From an uncultured Candidatus Saccharibacteria bacterium (lineage in GTDB: Bacteria > Patescibacteriota > Minisyncoccia > Phycocordibacterales > UBA9973): a DNA stretch of 64,000 nucleotides. A program made the translations under genes and the position numbers. The notes below the pieces were generated by a model, which had not been told where the DNA came from, ran no database searches, and was given only the letters and a program-made list of their open reading frames with translations. This document shows, one piece after another, positions 1 to 10,361 of the stretch. Every line of letters begins with the position of its first letter. Within the stretch, counting starts at the first letter, position 1. The stretch is from positions 34,996 through 98,995 of the forward strand of contig CAZNJI010000001.1 in NCBI GenBank assembly GCA_964573395.1, written 5' to 3'.

Positions 1-717
1 AAACGAATTTATCGACTTGGACCAATTATGTCAATGCACCGACAGGGAATAAGATGGAAATTGGTTGACTACACCGTTGCGCTTTTGGCAAACATTTTAG
101 CTGACATGGTTATATTTCAATCAACATGGTCGTACCAGCAATCAAGAAAATTCGGATTCATGAGAAAGAAAAATGTCTTTGTTATCTTAAACGCAGTTGA
201 TGAATCCATTTTCTATGCGAAAAGTAAAACTCTGGATTCTCATCCTGAAAAAATAAGACTCATATATACCAGCTGGTCAAAAAGTGAAAACAAAGGATTT
301 ACCTACCTTCGCTTCCTAGAGAATCATCTTGATTGGCGCCGCTATGAAATGAAGTTTATCGGCAATTCTCCTGTACGGTTTAACCATATCGAGATGCTGG
401 ATCCTCTTTCAAGCGGTGCATTAGCTGACGAACTGCGCCAGGCAGATATTTTTGTGTCTCCTACAAAAGATGATGCATGCTCAAATGCCATATTGGAAGC
501 ACTTTCTTGCGGATTGCCGGTAGTGGCACTTCAGAGCGGCGGTAATGCTGAGCTTATTGGCGAGGGTGGGATGCTTTTTTCAAATGAAACAGAAATGCTC
601 GATGCAATTGAGAAGGTTGCAGGCTACCTTTCTTTTTATCAAAAGAAAATTATCACAAAACACATTGCAGTAATTGCCCAGGAATATATCGATGCGATAT
701 ATGCTAGTATCAAGTAG
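1..717 (+). CDS. Glycosyltransferase family 4 (GT1 fold), C-terminal part; 5'-truncated by the window edge
   Basis: The reading frame is open from nt 1. The C-terminal GT4 motif EALSCGLPVVALQSGGNAELIGEGG (an EX7E-like region) is present, and the ORF at 28..717 continues upstream. Confidence 0.8.
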   Translation, partial: KRIYRLGPIMSMHRQGIRWKLVDYTVALLANILADMVIFQSTWSYQQSRKFGFMRKKNVFVILNAVDESIFYAKSKTLDSHPEKIRLIYTSWSKSENKGFTYLRFLENHLDWRRYEMKFIGNSPVRFNHIEMLDPLSSGALADELRQADIFVSPTKDDACSNAILEALSCGLPVVALQSGGNAELIGEGGMLFSNETEMLDAIEKVAGYLSFYQKKIITKHIAVIAQEYIDAIYASIK

Positions 718-719
718 CT

Positions 720-1346
720 ATGGCAAGCTTGCTGAGCCACATCCGAAAATCGCCTCACCGGAACCGTTTAGAGCGTCTGATTACTACGACACTGCCTCTA
801 TTGGAAGGGCCCATGCTTGATATCGGATCAAAAAACCGTCGGTACGATTTCCTTTTAAAAGAGGTACCGACGGCAATCGATATTGTTGAAGATAAAAACA
901 AAAATGTGCAGTATGGCGACGTGAATAATCTTTTGTTTCCGAAAGAGGCGTTTTCTTCAGTTATATGCCTTGAGGTCCTTGAGTACGTATCAACGCCAGA
1001 ACGAGCAATTGGAGAGATACACAGAGTACTTCGAGATGGAGGTATAGTGGTATTTTCAACGCCATTTCTGTTTAAGGTACATGAGGATAAAATGCGCTAT
1101 ACCGCTCCCTATCTTCGAGAACTCTTTTCTCGCTTTCATATAAAAGAATTCCACACCGTGGGGGGCAGCTATACGGCTTTTTTAACCATAGTGTGGGGAA
1201 AGATAAAAAGTATTCGCTTTCTGCCACTTAGATATTTCTGCACAGCATTACTTCTGCCACTTTTGTCGTTTTTACGCAGACCTACCGCCCTGAGTGAAAA
1301 GTATGCTTCGGGATATTTTATTGTTGCGCAAAAAAGATATGAGTAA
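720..1346 (+). CDS. Class I SAM-dependent methyltransferase
   Basis: A glycine-rich SAM-binding motif LDIGSKN is present, along with an acidic loop and the motif VLRDGGIVVFSTPF that is typical of the Methyltransf_11 family. The gene is 1 nt away from the flanking glycosyltransferase genes. Confidence 0.8.
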   Translation: MASLLSHIRKSPHRNRLERLITTTLPLLEGPMLDIGSKNRRYDFLLKEVPTAIDIVEDKNKNVQYGDVNNLLFPKEAFSSVICLEVLEYVSTPERAIGEIHRVLRDGGIVVFSTPFLFKVHEDKMRYTAPYLRELFSRFHIKEFHTVGGSYTAFLTIVWGKIKSIRFLPLRYFCTALLLPLLSFLRRPTALSEKYASGYFIVAQKRYE

Positions 1347-2097
1347 GATTGTTTTTCGCATTGACGATATTGGGGCGTCTACTAAACATTTCAACCAGCA
1401 TGGTAGAAAGCATGTGAAGCTGTTTGGAAAAATCCCACTGTTTTTTCCGTTCGCTAACATAGGGTTCTTTAAAAGAATGGAACCGTTTCGCGGCTGGGCA
1501 AAATACGATGAGGTAACGACGGATGAATGGAAGAAATTTCTGGTAATTTTTTCAGAGCAGAGGATTGTTCCAATTATTGCCATAACGGCGTGCTGGGTTG
1601 AGCGCGACGGAACACTGACGCCGTTCCCCAAGAAGTTTCCGGCGGAAGCAAACTTCTTAAAAAAAGCTTGGCAGGATGGAAAGATTGTTGTCGCAAATCA
1701 TGGGCTAACCCACTGCATCGTTGGAAAGCATCTGCCGAAATTATGGCGATCAAACCGGAAATTCCATCGAGAATTTTTTCCGGAACTTGGTCAGTCTTGG
1801 CATACCGAGCATATCATTAGGTCGCAGGAAATTTTAGAATCTTTCTTCGGAAAACCAGTAGAAATTTTTGTTCCGCCGGGGAATCTGTGGAGTATTAAAA
1901 CATACCAGGCGCTTAAGGGAACAAACATAAAAAAGGTACTGTGCGCGCGAGGACCTTCTGACGGTTCGGTACCTGATGGAGAAATAGAATTTATTGCCGA
2001 TAAAGGGAATAGTATTGCTTTTCATGATCGGGAGTTAAAGCTATATGGAGCTTCCTGGCTCCGGAAGTTGATACAAGGCATCTATGAGCAACAATGA
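1339..2097 (+). CDS. Polysaccharide deacetylase-like protein (DUF2334-like)
   Basis: The N-terminal motif FRIDDIG and the His-containing block ANHGLTHC match the DUF2334/NodB-like fold. The internal Met at 1339 is preferred as the start because the ORF beginning at 1294 overlaps the upstream gene. Confidence 0.55.
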   Translation: MSKIVFRIDDIGASTKHFNQHGRKHVKLFGKIPLFFPFANIGFFKRMEPFRGWAKYDEVTTDEWKKFLVIFSEQRIVPIIAITACWVERDGTLTPFPKKFPAEANFLKKAWQDGKIVVANHGLTHCIVGKHLPKLWRSNRKFHREFFPELGQSWHTEHIIRSQEILESFFGKPVEIFVPPGNLWSIKTYQALKGTNIKKVLCARGPSDGSVPDGEIEFIADKGNSIAFHDRELKLYGASWLRKLIQGIYEQQ

Positions 2098-2932
2098 CCC
2101 TAATATAACTATTTGCGTAGTTTCTCATAATAGTACTGATTTTATCGATGTAATGCTCGCTTCTTTTCGAATACTTACCTGTAATCCTTATAAAGTATTA
2201 ATTCGAGATAATAATTCTACAGAGAAAGAACGTGCAAAGTTGCACAATCTCGCACGGCAACACCATAACGTTTTTGTGTATGACGTACAAACAGAGTTCC
2301 GGGGGAGTCTTGATCATGGCACTGGGCTTAATGATCTTGTTGACCGTATTGATACGCCCTACGGAGTTATCATAGATGCTGATGCAATGTTTCTTGTAAA
2401 AGATTGGGATAAAATGTTACTCGATTGCCTTACTGATGAAATGCCTATTTATGGTACTCAAGCAGATGTGGGAAGCGGAAAACCAGAGGATTTTCCGCTT
2501 ATATTTGCACTAGTGTTTCGTACTGCCACTCTTAAATCTCTACAGATTGATTTTCGCCCCAAAGTTATTCATAACTATCAAGATACAGGATGGGAACTTC
2601 GCGAGAAATACCTTGCAGCAGGATATCAAGGAGGGTTGTTGTATAGTTTCAACACTCGAAATTTTAAAAAAGGACCCTTTGCTTCGGTGGTTTGCACAGA
2701 GTATTACAATACTCCAGATGCAAGTGGCCCTATTATTGCTTCGCATTTTGGCCGAGGAAGCGCACCGCATGCAAAACGGTTAATTAGATTTGGGTCAGGA
2801 CAGAACCTGTTTTACCGCAGTATCAATAAAATTCTCAGATATGCTAATCTTATAAAATGGCGGCGTGACAAGTTGAGATATTTAGCTATTTGCCGGTCTC
2901 TTATTGAGGCGTCCTATGAAAGAAAAGACTGA
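2084..2932 (+). CDS. Glycosyltransferase family 2-like
   Basis: The N-terminal block ITICVVSHNSTDFIDV is followed by DxD-like acidic motifs (IIDADAMF). The gene sits inside a glycosyltransferase operon. Confidence 0.65.
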   Translation: MSNNDPNITICVVSHNSTDFIDVMLASFRILTCNPYKVLIRDNNSTEKERAKLHNLARQHHNVFVYDVQTEFRGSLDHGTGLNDLVDRIDTPYGVIIDADAMFLVKDWDKMLLDCLTDEMPIYGTQADVGSGKPEDFPLIFALVFRTATLKSLQIDFRPKVIHNYQDTGWELREKYLAAGYQGGLLYSFNTRNFKKGPFASVVCTEYYNTPDASGPIIASHFGRGSAPHAKRLIRFGSGQNLFYRSINKILRYANLIKWRRDKLRYLAICRSLIEASYERKD

Positions 2933-3926
2933 ACAACTTAATAAGTGTTTATATTGTCATTCAGAAAACTTCATGCAGCTGTTTGATGCACCTGATCGGT
3001 TTGGACCAAAATCAGAGGAGCGCTTCTGTGTTTGCCAATGTAATAATTGCGGGCTCGTATTTCAAAATCCTCGTGTTCGAGAAGAACATATCGGCCAATA
3101 CTACGGAGATGATATACATTATTTTAACGCTACACCTTTGCAGAAGGTATCAGTTCTTGGGAAGTTAAAATTAGCGATTGAAAAGCAAGTATTGATTGAG
3201 TTTTTCAATTATACTCATCTCGGTCCGAGTTGCGTACTCTTACGGCCATTTCTTTTTATATTTAAGCGTTGGCAGCGCGTACAGATGGTTCCGCGCTTTG
3301 TCCCGGGAGGTAAGTTGCTCGATATTGGATGCTCGCACGGTGCGTACCTTATGCGAATGCGAACACTCGGATGGGAGGTTGTGGGACAAGAGTTACATCA
3401 AAAAAGTGCTGCCTACGCGCAAAGCTTAGGCATTCCTGTCACCGTGAGCAGGATTGAGGATACTGCATTTCCACCAGGGTCATTCGATGTGATTACCATG
3501 GGAATGGTGTTGGAGCATATTTACGATCCATTTTCAGTACTGCGACAGATTACTGGATGGCTCAAACCAGGAGGAACAGTTATTTTTGCCATTCCGTATT
3601 TTAAGGGATTTGAATTTAAGTTCTTTAAGGAGTATGCGTATGGTTTACAGTTACCGTATCATATTACGTTTCTTGATAAAAAAATTATTAAGGAATATTT
3701 ATCCAGCCTAGGGTATCAGACTATTCAAACCTTCTTTCACTTCTTCGACAGGGATATAGCTGCCTCAGCACAGATTAAATATGAGGAACGTGGAGGGATG
3801 TTGTATCGTGCCGTGGGGCATAGCAAGGTAGTAAGAGTGCTGGTTATAAAACCACTGGTGTGGTTTCTCAGTGCTGTAGGCCTTACGAGTCGTATTACGG
3901 TATATGCGCACCATTCAATATTATGA
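2916..3926 (+). CDS. SAM-dependent methyltransferase with N-terminal Cys4 zinc ribbon
   Basis: The pair CLYCHS...CNNCGLVF forms a zinc ribbon. It is followed by the SAM-binding motif LLDIGCSHGAYL and the motif VITMGMVLEHIYDP. Confidence 0.8.
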   Translation: MKEKTEQLNKCLYCHSENFMQLFDAPDRFGPKSEERFCVCQCNNCGLVFQNPRVREEHIGQYYGDDIHYFNATPLQKVSVLGKLKLAIEKQVLIEFFNYTHLGPSCVLLRPFLFIFKRWQRVQMVPRFVPGGKLLDIGCSHGAYLMRMRTLGWEVVGQELHQKSAAYAQSLGIPVTVSRIEDTAFPPGSFDVITMGMVLEHIYDPFSVLRQITGWLKPGGTVIFAIPYFKGFEFKFFKEYAYGLQLPYHITFLDKKIIKEYLSSLGYQTIQTFFHFFDRDIAASAQIKYEERGGMLYRAVGHSKVVRVLVIKPLVWFLSAVGLTSRITVYAHHSIL

Positions 3927-4723
3927 AACCAAAAATCTCAGTTATTATGTCTGTTTATAATGGCGTTCGACACGTGAAAGAGGCAATAAATAGCGTGTTG
4001 CAGCAAACTTTCACAGATTTTGAGTTCCTTATTATTGATGACGCTTCACGTGATGATACTGCATCTCTTTTAGAAGAATATAAAAATCGTGACGGTAGAA
4101 TTAAAATAATTACGAATCAACATAACATCGGGCTTACGAAAAGTTTGAATAAGGGAATTAAAGAATCTCGCGGTGCGTATATTGCTCGATTGGATGCGGA
4201 TGATATTTGTTTGCCAGAACGGTTTGCTAAACAAGTTTCTTTTATGGAAAATCATCCGGTATGTGGCATGACAAGCGTATGGGCAGAGATAATTGATGAT
4301 TCTGGGAATTATAAAAGAACCATTAAGTATCCTACGGAAAATAATAAACTCAAAAAAGCACTAATTCATTACAATCCTTTTTTTCATTCAGGATTACTGG
4401 TTAGAAAAAGCGTATTTGATACCGTAGGATTGTATGATGAGGATTGGAAATTTGCTCAGGACTATGAACTCTATTTTAGAATTTCAAAAAAATTCGATAT
4501 TGCCAACATACCAGAGGTGTTACTGAAGTATCGAGAGAGCGCTCGCTCAGTTACCGGCAGTAAAAATCGAAAACAGATTTCTTTTGTTTTAAGAGCAAAA
4601 CGGAAGGCAATAAGGGATGGGCAGTACGCAAAAATTCATTATTTTTCACTATTTCGGAATTATCTCGCATGGATCTTACCAGTTGCAATGAAGAGATTTT
4701 TGAAGAATCTTTTTAAAATATAA
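3923..4723 (+). CDS. Glycosyltransferase family 2
   Basis: The sequence KISVIMSVYNGVRHVKEAINSVLQQTFTDFEFLIIDDASRDDT is a canonical GT2 N-terminus with the DxD motif ARLDADD. Its start overlaps the upstream stop as ATGA. Confidence 0.85.
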   Translation: MKPKISVIMSVYNGVRHVKEAINSVLQQTFTDFEFLIIDDASRDDTASLLEEYKNRDGRIKIITNQHNIGLTKSLNKGIKESRGAYIARLDADDICLPERFAKQVSFMENHPVCGMTSVWAEIIDDSGNYKRTIKYPTENNKLKKALIHYNPFFHSGLLVRKSVFDTVGLYDEDWKFAQDYELYFRISKKFDIANIPEVLLKYRESARSVTGSKNRKQISFVLRAKRKAIRDGQYAKIHYFSLFRNYLAWILPVAMKRFLKNLFKI

Positions 4724-5838
4724 TGAAAATTTTATACTTTATTACCAAATCAGAGCTTGGAGGGGCGCAGACACATGTGTCCCAGTTGATGGAATACATG
4801 CACAGTCAAGGCCATACGGTGGGGGTGAGTGCGCATCCTGGAGGTCCTCTTGAGCAGCGAGCCCATGAGCTGGGAATAAAATTTTATCCTAATCGTTTCT
4901 TTAGGAATACCTTTAATCCATTAAGTATAGTAAACGCTTTTCGCACCGTTAAAAAAGCCACAAGAGATTTTCAGCCTGAACTCGTCCATGTGCATAGTTC
5001 GATGGCTGGTTTTATTGCTCGGATAGCGATTCGGGGTAAGATCGCTACTATTTTTACAGCACACAGTTGGGCATTTACTGATGGTGTGTCCGTGATGCGA
5101 AAATACATTGCAATCATTGCTGAAAAATGTGCTTCTTATTTTACGAAAAAAATTATTTGCGTATCTGAATTTGATAAACAACTTGCGCTCCGATATCGTG
5201 TTGCACCGTCCGATAAACTTGTCACTATTTATAATGGAGTACAGAGCGTTCAAGAGATTGAGAAGTTGGCTCATACCCCTCTTAGGGCAATTACTGTTGG
5301 GAGATTTGCACACCAAAAAAGGTTTGATTTACTCATTACTGCTATTGCGGCACTTCCAGATTTTTTTAAAAAAAATATTCACCTGAACATTGTTGGTGAT
5401 GGAGAACAAAAACAGATGCTCCTTGATCTGGTTGTAGAAAAAAAACTGACAAAACAAGTTTCTTTTCTCAGTGCTGTTGAAAATACGGAGGTGTTTCAGT
5501 TACTGAATTCTTCTGATATGTTTATTCTTATTTCGAGATATGAAGGATTTCCGATGACCATACTTGAAGCAATGGCTGCAGGAGTGCCAGTCATTGCGTC
5601 TTCTGTTGGAGGTATTCCTGAGGCAATCGATGATACCTGTGGGATTCTTGTTGAAAATACTATCGAAAGTATTGCAACGGCACTTATGAAAATGATTACC
5701 GATAGCGAGCAACGAATTATAATGGGTATTTCCGCAAAGGAACGGTTTGAAAAATTGTTTTCACTAAAACAATGTTTAAAAAATACTGAAGCTGTGTATG
5801 ATGAAGTGCGTTTAGATAGTACGAGCCGACTTCCGTAA
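4723..5838 (+). CDS. Glycosyltransferase family 4 (GT1 fold)
   Basis: The N-terminus MKILYFITKSELGGAQTHV and the C-terminal motif EGFPMTILEAMAAGVPVIASSVGGIPE are both typical of GT4. Confidence 0.85.
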   Translation: MKILYFITKSELGGAQTHVSQLMEYMHSQGHTVGVSAHPGGPLEQRAHELGIKFYPNRFFRNTFNPLSIVNAFRTVKKATRDFQPELVHVHSSMAGFIARIAIRGKIATIFTAHSWAFTDGVSVMRKYIAIIAEKCASYFTKKIICVSEFDKQLALRYRVAPSDKLVTIYNGVQSVQEIEKLAHTPLRAITVGRFAHQKRFDLLITAIAALPDFFKKNIHLNIVGDGEQKQMLLDLVVEKKLTKQVSFLSAVENTEVFQLLNSSDMFILISRYEGFPMTILEAMAAGVPVIASSVGGIPEAIDDTCGILVENTIESIATALMKMITDSEQRIIMGISAKERFEKLFSLKQCLKNTEAVYDEVRLDSTSRLP

Positions 5839-7263
5839 TTCAAGAATGGTGTAGTCTCTGAGTACAAAAAGAATACCAATGTAAAGCAGTCCTGAGAGGG
5901 GAATAATGAGAAGGAGCGGGGCAGATAGTGTGGTCATTGCATAAGTGAATACAGCCATTCCGATTACTGCGAGCAGGCTTCTGTAGAACTTTTTTGCAAT
6001 AGGTACTTTTTGAGTCTTTCTCATTTCAACATAGAACACCGTATTGACTGCCATTTGTGCAATAACGGTCGCGATCGCCGACCCGACGATACCGTATAGA
6101 GGAATAAGGACAAAATTAAGGCCAACGTTTAATAACGCGCCTATTATCCCTGTGGTAATAAATATTCGTTGTTTATTTTCTACTAGCAATACTTCTGCAT
6201 AAATGGTTCCAGGGAATGTAAAGAATATGGTAAGAAGAAGTACTTGAAAGGTGGAAACAGCACCGGCATATTCAGCGCCAAAAACAACACTGATCAATGG
6301 TCCAGCAACAATAATACCGCCGATGACAAAAGGGAGCGCAACGGTAAGTGATGCTGAAGAAGCAATGCCGATCATCGGAGCGAGAGATTTCCCTTCTTTG
6401 GCGAATCGGCTCAATATGGGAAGTAATGATGCACTAAGGAAATTTGGAAGAATGTACAGAATATTAAGCGGGCGCTGTGCTGCGCCATAGAGTCCGAGCA
6501 TGTGTTCGTTGCCGAATATGCCAATAATGACTGAATCAATGTTGGTCATAAAGATGCCGAATATGCCAAGAATGGCAAAGGGAAGCGTCATTTTTGCAAG
6601 CGGCATGAGGAGTGACCAATTAATGTGTTGTGCTATGCCGAATATGTAGCGGCGTATTGAAAAGAGCGCAATAATAAGTCCCACGCCGTTTCCAATCATA
6701 AATGACAGTGCAAGGGAGTACGGGGAAGGGTTTTGCAGAAAAAACCCCACAATGAGGATGGTGCAGAGAAATTCATTGACGATGCTGATACCTGCTTCTG
6801 CTTCCATTTTGCTCTGCGCTCGAGGAATCGAATAAAAGAATCCTCGAAGGCTTTCAAAAATAACTGATAGACTGATAATCAGCATGATTGATGTCGCTGC
6901 TTCAAAGTGAGAAACAAATGGCGCAAGTCCAACCACTAGGAGAAGCATCGCGCACAAGAGAATAAGTTTGATCACAAGTGCAGTTGAGAAATATTCCTTC
7001 ATTCGCTCGGTATGTTTTGATAACTCTCTGATAAGGATACTCGAGATACCCATGTCGGAAACCACAGCGAATATCGCAACAACGCTCATGGCATAGGTAA
7101 AAATACCGTAGGATTCAGTACCGAGGAGGCGGGCAGCGTAAATAATAATGACCGCTCGCACTATTTTAATAAGTGTCGTACTTGCTCCCATCCAGAACGT
7201 GTTTTTCAAAATGGTTTGCCGAGTGGTGGTATTTTTGAAGAGAAATTTCCTAAGGCGATTCAT
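5812..7263 (-). CDS. Wzx-like polysaccharide/oligosaccharide flippase (MOP superfamily)
   Basis: This is a 483-aa polytopic membrane protein with about 12-14 hydrophobic segments. It sits in a glycan cluster next to a priming sugar transferase. Its 3' end overlaps the convergent GT4 gene by 27 nt. Confidence 0.8.
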   Translation of the reverse strand: MNRLRKFLFKNTTTRQTILKNTFWMGASTTLIKIVRAVIIIYAARLLGTESYGIFTYAMSVVAIFAVVSDMGISSILIRELSKHTERMKEYFSTALVIKLILLCAMLLLVVGLAPFVSHFEAATSIMLIISLSVIFESLRGFFYSIPRAQSKMEAEAGISIVNEFLCTILIVGFFLQNPSPYSLALSFMIGNGVGLIIALFSIRRYIFGIAQHINWSLLMPLAKMTLPFAILGIFGIFMTNIDSVIIGIFGNEHMLGLYGAAQRPLNILYILPNFLSASLLPILSRFAKEGKSLAPMIGIASSASLTVALPFVIGGIIVAGPLISVVFGAEYAGAVSTFQVLLLTIFFTFPGTIYAEVLLVENKQRIFITTGIIGALLNVGLNFVLIPLYGIVGSAIATVIAQMAVNTVFYVEMRKTQKVPIAKKFYRSLLAVIGMAVFTYAMTTLSAPLLLIIPLSGLLYIGILFVLRDYTILELRKSARTI

Positions 7264-7270
7264 AAAGCAA

Positions 7271-8572
7271 TTAGTGAGTAAAAATTATTTGGATTGTTTT
7301 TAGAAAAATACCAACATCGAGCAGTGGGGTACGGTTGAGAAGGTAGTAAAGGTCATACTCAAATTTTTCCCGAGAATCATCGACGGTTCTTGCGTATCTG
7401 AATTTAATTTGCGCCCAGCCAGTAAAGCCCGGCCGAATCGTATGTCGCAAAAAATAATACGGAATTTCTTTTTCAAGATTGGTAACAATTTCTGGCCGTT
7501 CAGGGCGGGGTCCTACCAGAGCGATATCTCCTTTTATGATGTTAATCATCTGCGGAATCTCATCGATGTGCAGCTTGCGAATAATCCGGCCGACTCGCGT
7601 CACTCGAGGATCCTTCTTTTCTGCCCATTGAATACCGTCCTTCTCGGCATTGTGAACCATCGATCGGAGTTTGTAGAGCGCAAAATGCTTCCCAACTCTT
7701 CCGATGCGGACTTGACGGTACAGTATTGGTTGGCCATCTTCAAGCATGATAGCAATCATAGAGAGCAGTAAAACCGGAGAAGCGATGATTAGTACAAAAA
7801 GTGCAACACCTATTTCAATTATCCGGGTAATAAGCGTAACTCCAGCATTGACACGATGCGTAACGACGTGAATTGCTTTTTCGTCGGTCATTAAGCTGAC
7901 GGGGATTTTTCCGAAGAGGGTTTCGTAGGCTTCGCCGAGCGAAAACGGTTCAGTGCTTAGTTCTTTTGAAAGACGTAAAAGCGTTTCGGCCGGGAGCTTC
8001 TCTGCAATAAGAATATCAACTGATGGCTGTTCGGTAATTGTTTCGATGGTATCGGACGGTATGTGAAACATAATTTTTCCAAAATGCGGATGAGTTTTTA
8101 ACTCAGTAATCAAATGATCGATAAGCGGATTTTGGCCGATGACCCCAATTGTTTGGTGTAAAGTAGAAGTGAACATGCTGTAAAAAAGTCGACGCCATGC
8201 AACCAGCAGCAAAAATGCAAAGCCACTTAAAATAGCAAGGTTTGTTTTCGGCGTAATGCCGTTCTGAGGAAAAAAATAAAAGAGAGCTACTGCAAGTCCG
8301 CCGTTTACCACTAGTGCTGCAAGGAGGAGTCCGATATTCCGAGGGTTTGGATTTACCCTGCGCAGGTTATAGAGATCGAAAATAAAAAATATTCCAATCC
8401 AGACAGTAAAAATAACGGCAAAGATGCCTGCCTGGAGTTTGATGTAGGGCAACTCAGATCCGTAATCAAACCGAATCAATGTCATTATGAAAAAAGCACC
8501 TGCCAGTACGAGGATATCACCTAGCAAAAGCAGTGTCTGCCGGTTTTTTACCATAAAAACATTATATAACAT
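7271..8572 (-). CDS. Polyprenyl-phosphate sugar phosphotransferase (bacterial sugar transferase, WbaP/EpsL family)
   Basis: The C-terminal catalytic domain carries [46 protein letters not shown] and FTGWAQI. The N-terminus has several transmembrane helices. Confidence 0.9.
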   Translation of the reverse strand: MLYNVFMVKNRQTLLLLGDILVLAGAFFIMTLIRFDYGSELPYIKLQAGIFAVIFTVWIGIFFIFDLYNLRRVNPNPRNIGLLLAALVVNGGLAVALFYFFPQNGITPKTNLAILSGFAFLLLVAWRRLFYSMFTSTLHQTIGVIGQNPLIDHLITELKTHPHFGKIMFHIPSDTIETITEQPSVDILIAEKLPAETLLRLSKELSTEPFSLGEAYETLFGKIPVSLMTDEKAIHVVTHRVNAGVTLITRIIEIGVALFVLIIASPVLLLSMIAIMLEDGQPILYRQVRIGRVGKHFALYKLRSMVHNAEKDGIQWAEKKDPRVTRVGRIIRKLHIDEIPQMINIIKGDIALVGPRPERPEIVTNLEKEIPYYFLRHTIRPGFTGWAQIKFRYARTVDDSREKFEYDLYYLLNRTPLLDVGIFLKTIQIIFTH

Positions 8573-8636
8573 TTTTTATTTTTGTAAAATATTTGTTTCC
8601 TTGCGAAAGAAGCAGAGATGGATAGAATAGGGGAAT

Positions 8637-9125
8637 ATGGAACAGAATAATGGAAAAGAGAATGGGGCAGTATCCTCTGTTATGAATAACAAGAATCTTT
8701 GGATATCGGCTCTGGCGGTTATTTTGGTTATTTTAGTCATTGCGCTGCCGAAAGGGCAAAAGGGAAGCGAAGTATCGGAATTAACAGAAGGAGATACCTC
8801 CACTTCTTTGGTTGAAGAAGTAGAAACTACTGCACAGCTTCCGGTTGCGCCTGGCACCCAGACGCGCGCGGAAGCACGAGTTGCCTACGAAGGAAAGAAG
8901 ATTACGGTAACCGGCGCATGCGACATTGCTCCGGAAACTCAAACCCTGCCGCTTCGCACCATTATTATGGTTGATAACGACAGCGACGCGGCTCATACGG
9001 TTACCGTAGGAGCGAAGAGCTATCCGATTAAGTCAAAGTACTACCGCCTGTCATTGATTGATACTCCAGGAGAAATTGTTGTTACCTGCGATGGCGTAGA
9101 GAAAGCAACGATTACCGTTCAGTAA
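8637..9125 (+). CDS. Hypothetical secreted or membrane-anchored protein
   Basis: The N-terminus has a hydrophobic segment LWISALAVILVILVIAL. No recognisable catalytic motif is present. Confidence 0.55.
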   Translation: MEQNNGKENGAVSSVMNNKNLWISALAVILVILVIALPKGQKGSEVSELTEGDTSTSLVEEVETTAQLPVAPGTQTRAEARVAYEGKKITVTGACDIAPETQTLPLRTIIMVDNDSDAAHTVTVGAKSYPIKSKYYRLSLIDTPGEIVVTCDGVEKATITVQ

Positions 9126-9200
9126 TAGGGTGTAACATTGAAAAAACATCTCCACCACTGGGGATGTTTTTCTTTTGGGAACGGAGTACACTTTCTATAT

Positions 9201-9617
9201 ATGATCGATATAGTATTAGTGCTTATCATTGCGATTATTTTTAACGTGCTTGGGTTCGTGTGGTACGGTCCGCTCTTTGGCAAAAAGTGGGGCAACATTA
9301 TTGGCATGCCGCCGGCAAGCCAGATGACGCCTGAGGCAAACAAAGAATTCCAGAAACGAATGATACCGGTCTATATCTTAAACTTTGTGCTTTCAGTGGT
9401 AACCGCGGTTGTCATGGTTCGCTTTACGGGCGCCGGACACAGTGGCGTGTTTATTGTGCTGTTCATGATTTGGCTCGGGTTTATTATGCCGCTTGAAGCG
9501 GGAGCTGCCATGTGGAGCGGGAAGCCGCGCGCCGTTGCCTGGGAAATGTTTTGGCTCAGTGCGGGTTTTCAGTTCGTTGTTTTTGCGCTTGCTGGAGTGG
9601 TGCTGAGCATCTGGTAG
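9201..9617 (+). CDS. DUF1761-like small membrane protein
   Basis: The motif VLGFVWYGPLFGKKWGNIIGMPP matches the DUF1761 pattern. There are 3-4 transmembrane helices. The start codon is uncertain; the ORF opens at 9138. Confidence 0.55.
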   Translation: MIDIVLVLIIAIIFNVLGFVWYGPLFGKKWGNIIGMPPASQMTPEANKEFQKRMIPVYILNFVLSVVTAVVMVRFTGAGHSGVFIVLFMIWLGFIMPLEAGAAMWSGKPRAVAWEMFWLSAGFQFVVFALAGVVLSIW

Positions 9618-9632
9618 TTTCATACCAGAAAC

Positions 9633-9657
9633 CTCCGCCAGAAAGGCGGGGTTTTGC
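9633..9657 (+). terminator. Rho-independent terminator
   Basis: The stem CCGCC-agaaa-GGCGG is followed by GGTTTTG. Confidence 0.6.
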
Positions 9658-9859
9658 GCTTAAAGGAAACGTGTGGTAGAGTAATTCTCGTGTAGATCAG
9701 AGACAGCAGGTATCCTTACGGGGATTTAAAAGCCCTAAACCAAAAGCCTTGCTTTTGGTCGGGCGAACGGCAAAGCCGTTCTAGCCTGCCGAGGTCAAAC
9801 TCTATTTTTCTACGCCGTTACCTAAACATAGGTAGCGTGATTTATTTAACAATTTCAAT
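9658..9859 (+). promoter_or_regulatory. Structured leader upstream of rplJ (candidate L10 autoregulatory leader)
   Basis: A 200-nt untranslated region carries several hairpins, for example accaaaagcc/ttgcttttggt and gaacggcaaagccgttc, immediately upstream of rplJ. It sits where ribosomal-protein L10 leaders are found in most bacteria. Confidence 0.3.
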
Positions 9860-10348
9860 ATGGCAATTTCAAAAGATAAGAAAAAAGATATTGTAAAAAC
9901 TTTTGAAGAGCTCGTCGGCGGAGCAGAGTCAATTGCATTCGTGCAGTTCTCTCGCCTTGCCGTTCTAGATGCAAACAAGCTTCGTCGCTCGCTCCAGGCA
10001 GCGGGTGTCGGGTACAAAGTAGGGAAGAAAACACTTCTCAAGCGGGTACTCGAAGCACGGGGATATACCGGAACACTTCCGGAACTCCCGGGGGAGATTG
10101 CAATTGCATACGGAACCGATCCGCTTGCTCCTGCACGAGAAGTGCATGCGTTCTCTGAAGCGCATAAGGGCATCGTATCGATTGTGGGTGGCGTCTTTGA
10201 AGGTGGTTACAAAAATCAGGAAGAAATGATGGCGATTGCAACCATCCCAAGCATGCAAGTGCTTCGCGGTATGTTTGTCAATATTATCAATTCTCCAATA
10301 CAGCGTTTTGCAATTGCGCTGAATCAAATTGCAGAAAAGAAAGCTTAA
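9860..10348 (+). CDS. rplJ: 50S ribosomal protein L10
   Basis: The N-terminus MAISKDKKKDIVKTFEELVGGAESIAFVQFSRLAVLDANKLRRSLQAAGVGYKVGKKTLLKR is characteristic of L10, and the gene is followed by L7/L12. Confidence 0.95.
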   Translation: MAISKDKKKDIVKTFEELVGGAESIAFVQFSRLAVLDANKLRRSLQAAGVGYKVGKKTLLKRVLEARGYTGTLPELPGEIAIAYGTDPLAPAREVHAFSEAHKGIVSIVGGVFEGGYKNQEEMMAIATIPSMQVLRGMFVNIINSPIQRFAIALNQIAEKKA

Positions 10349-10361
10349 TTAACATAATGGT

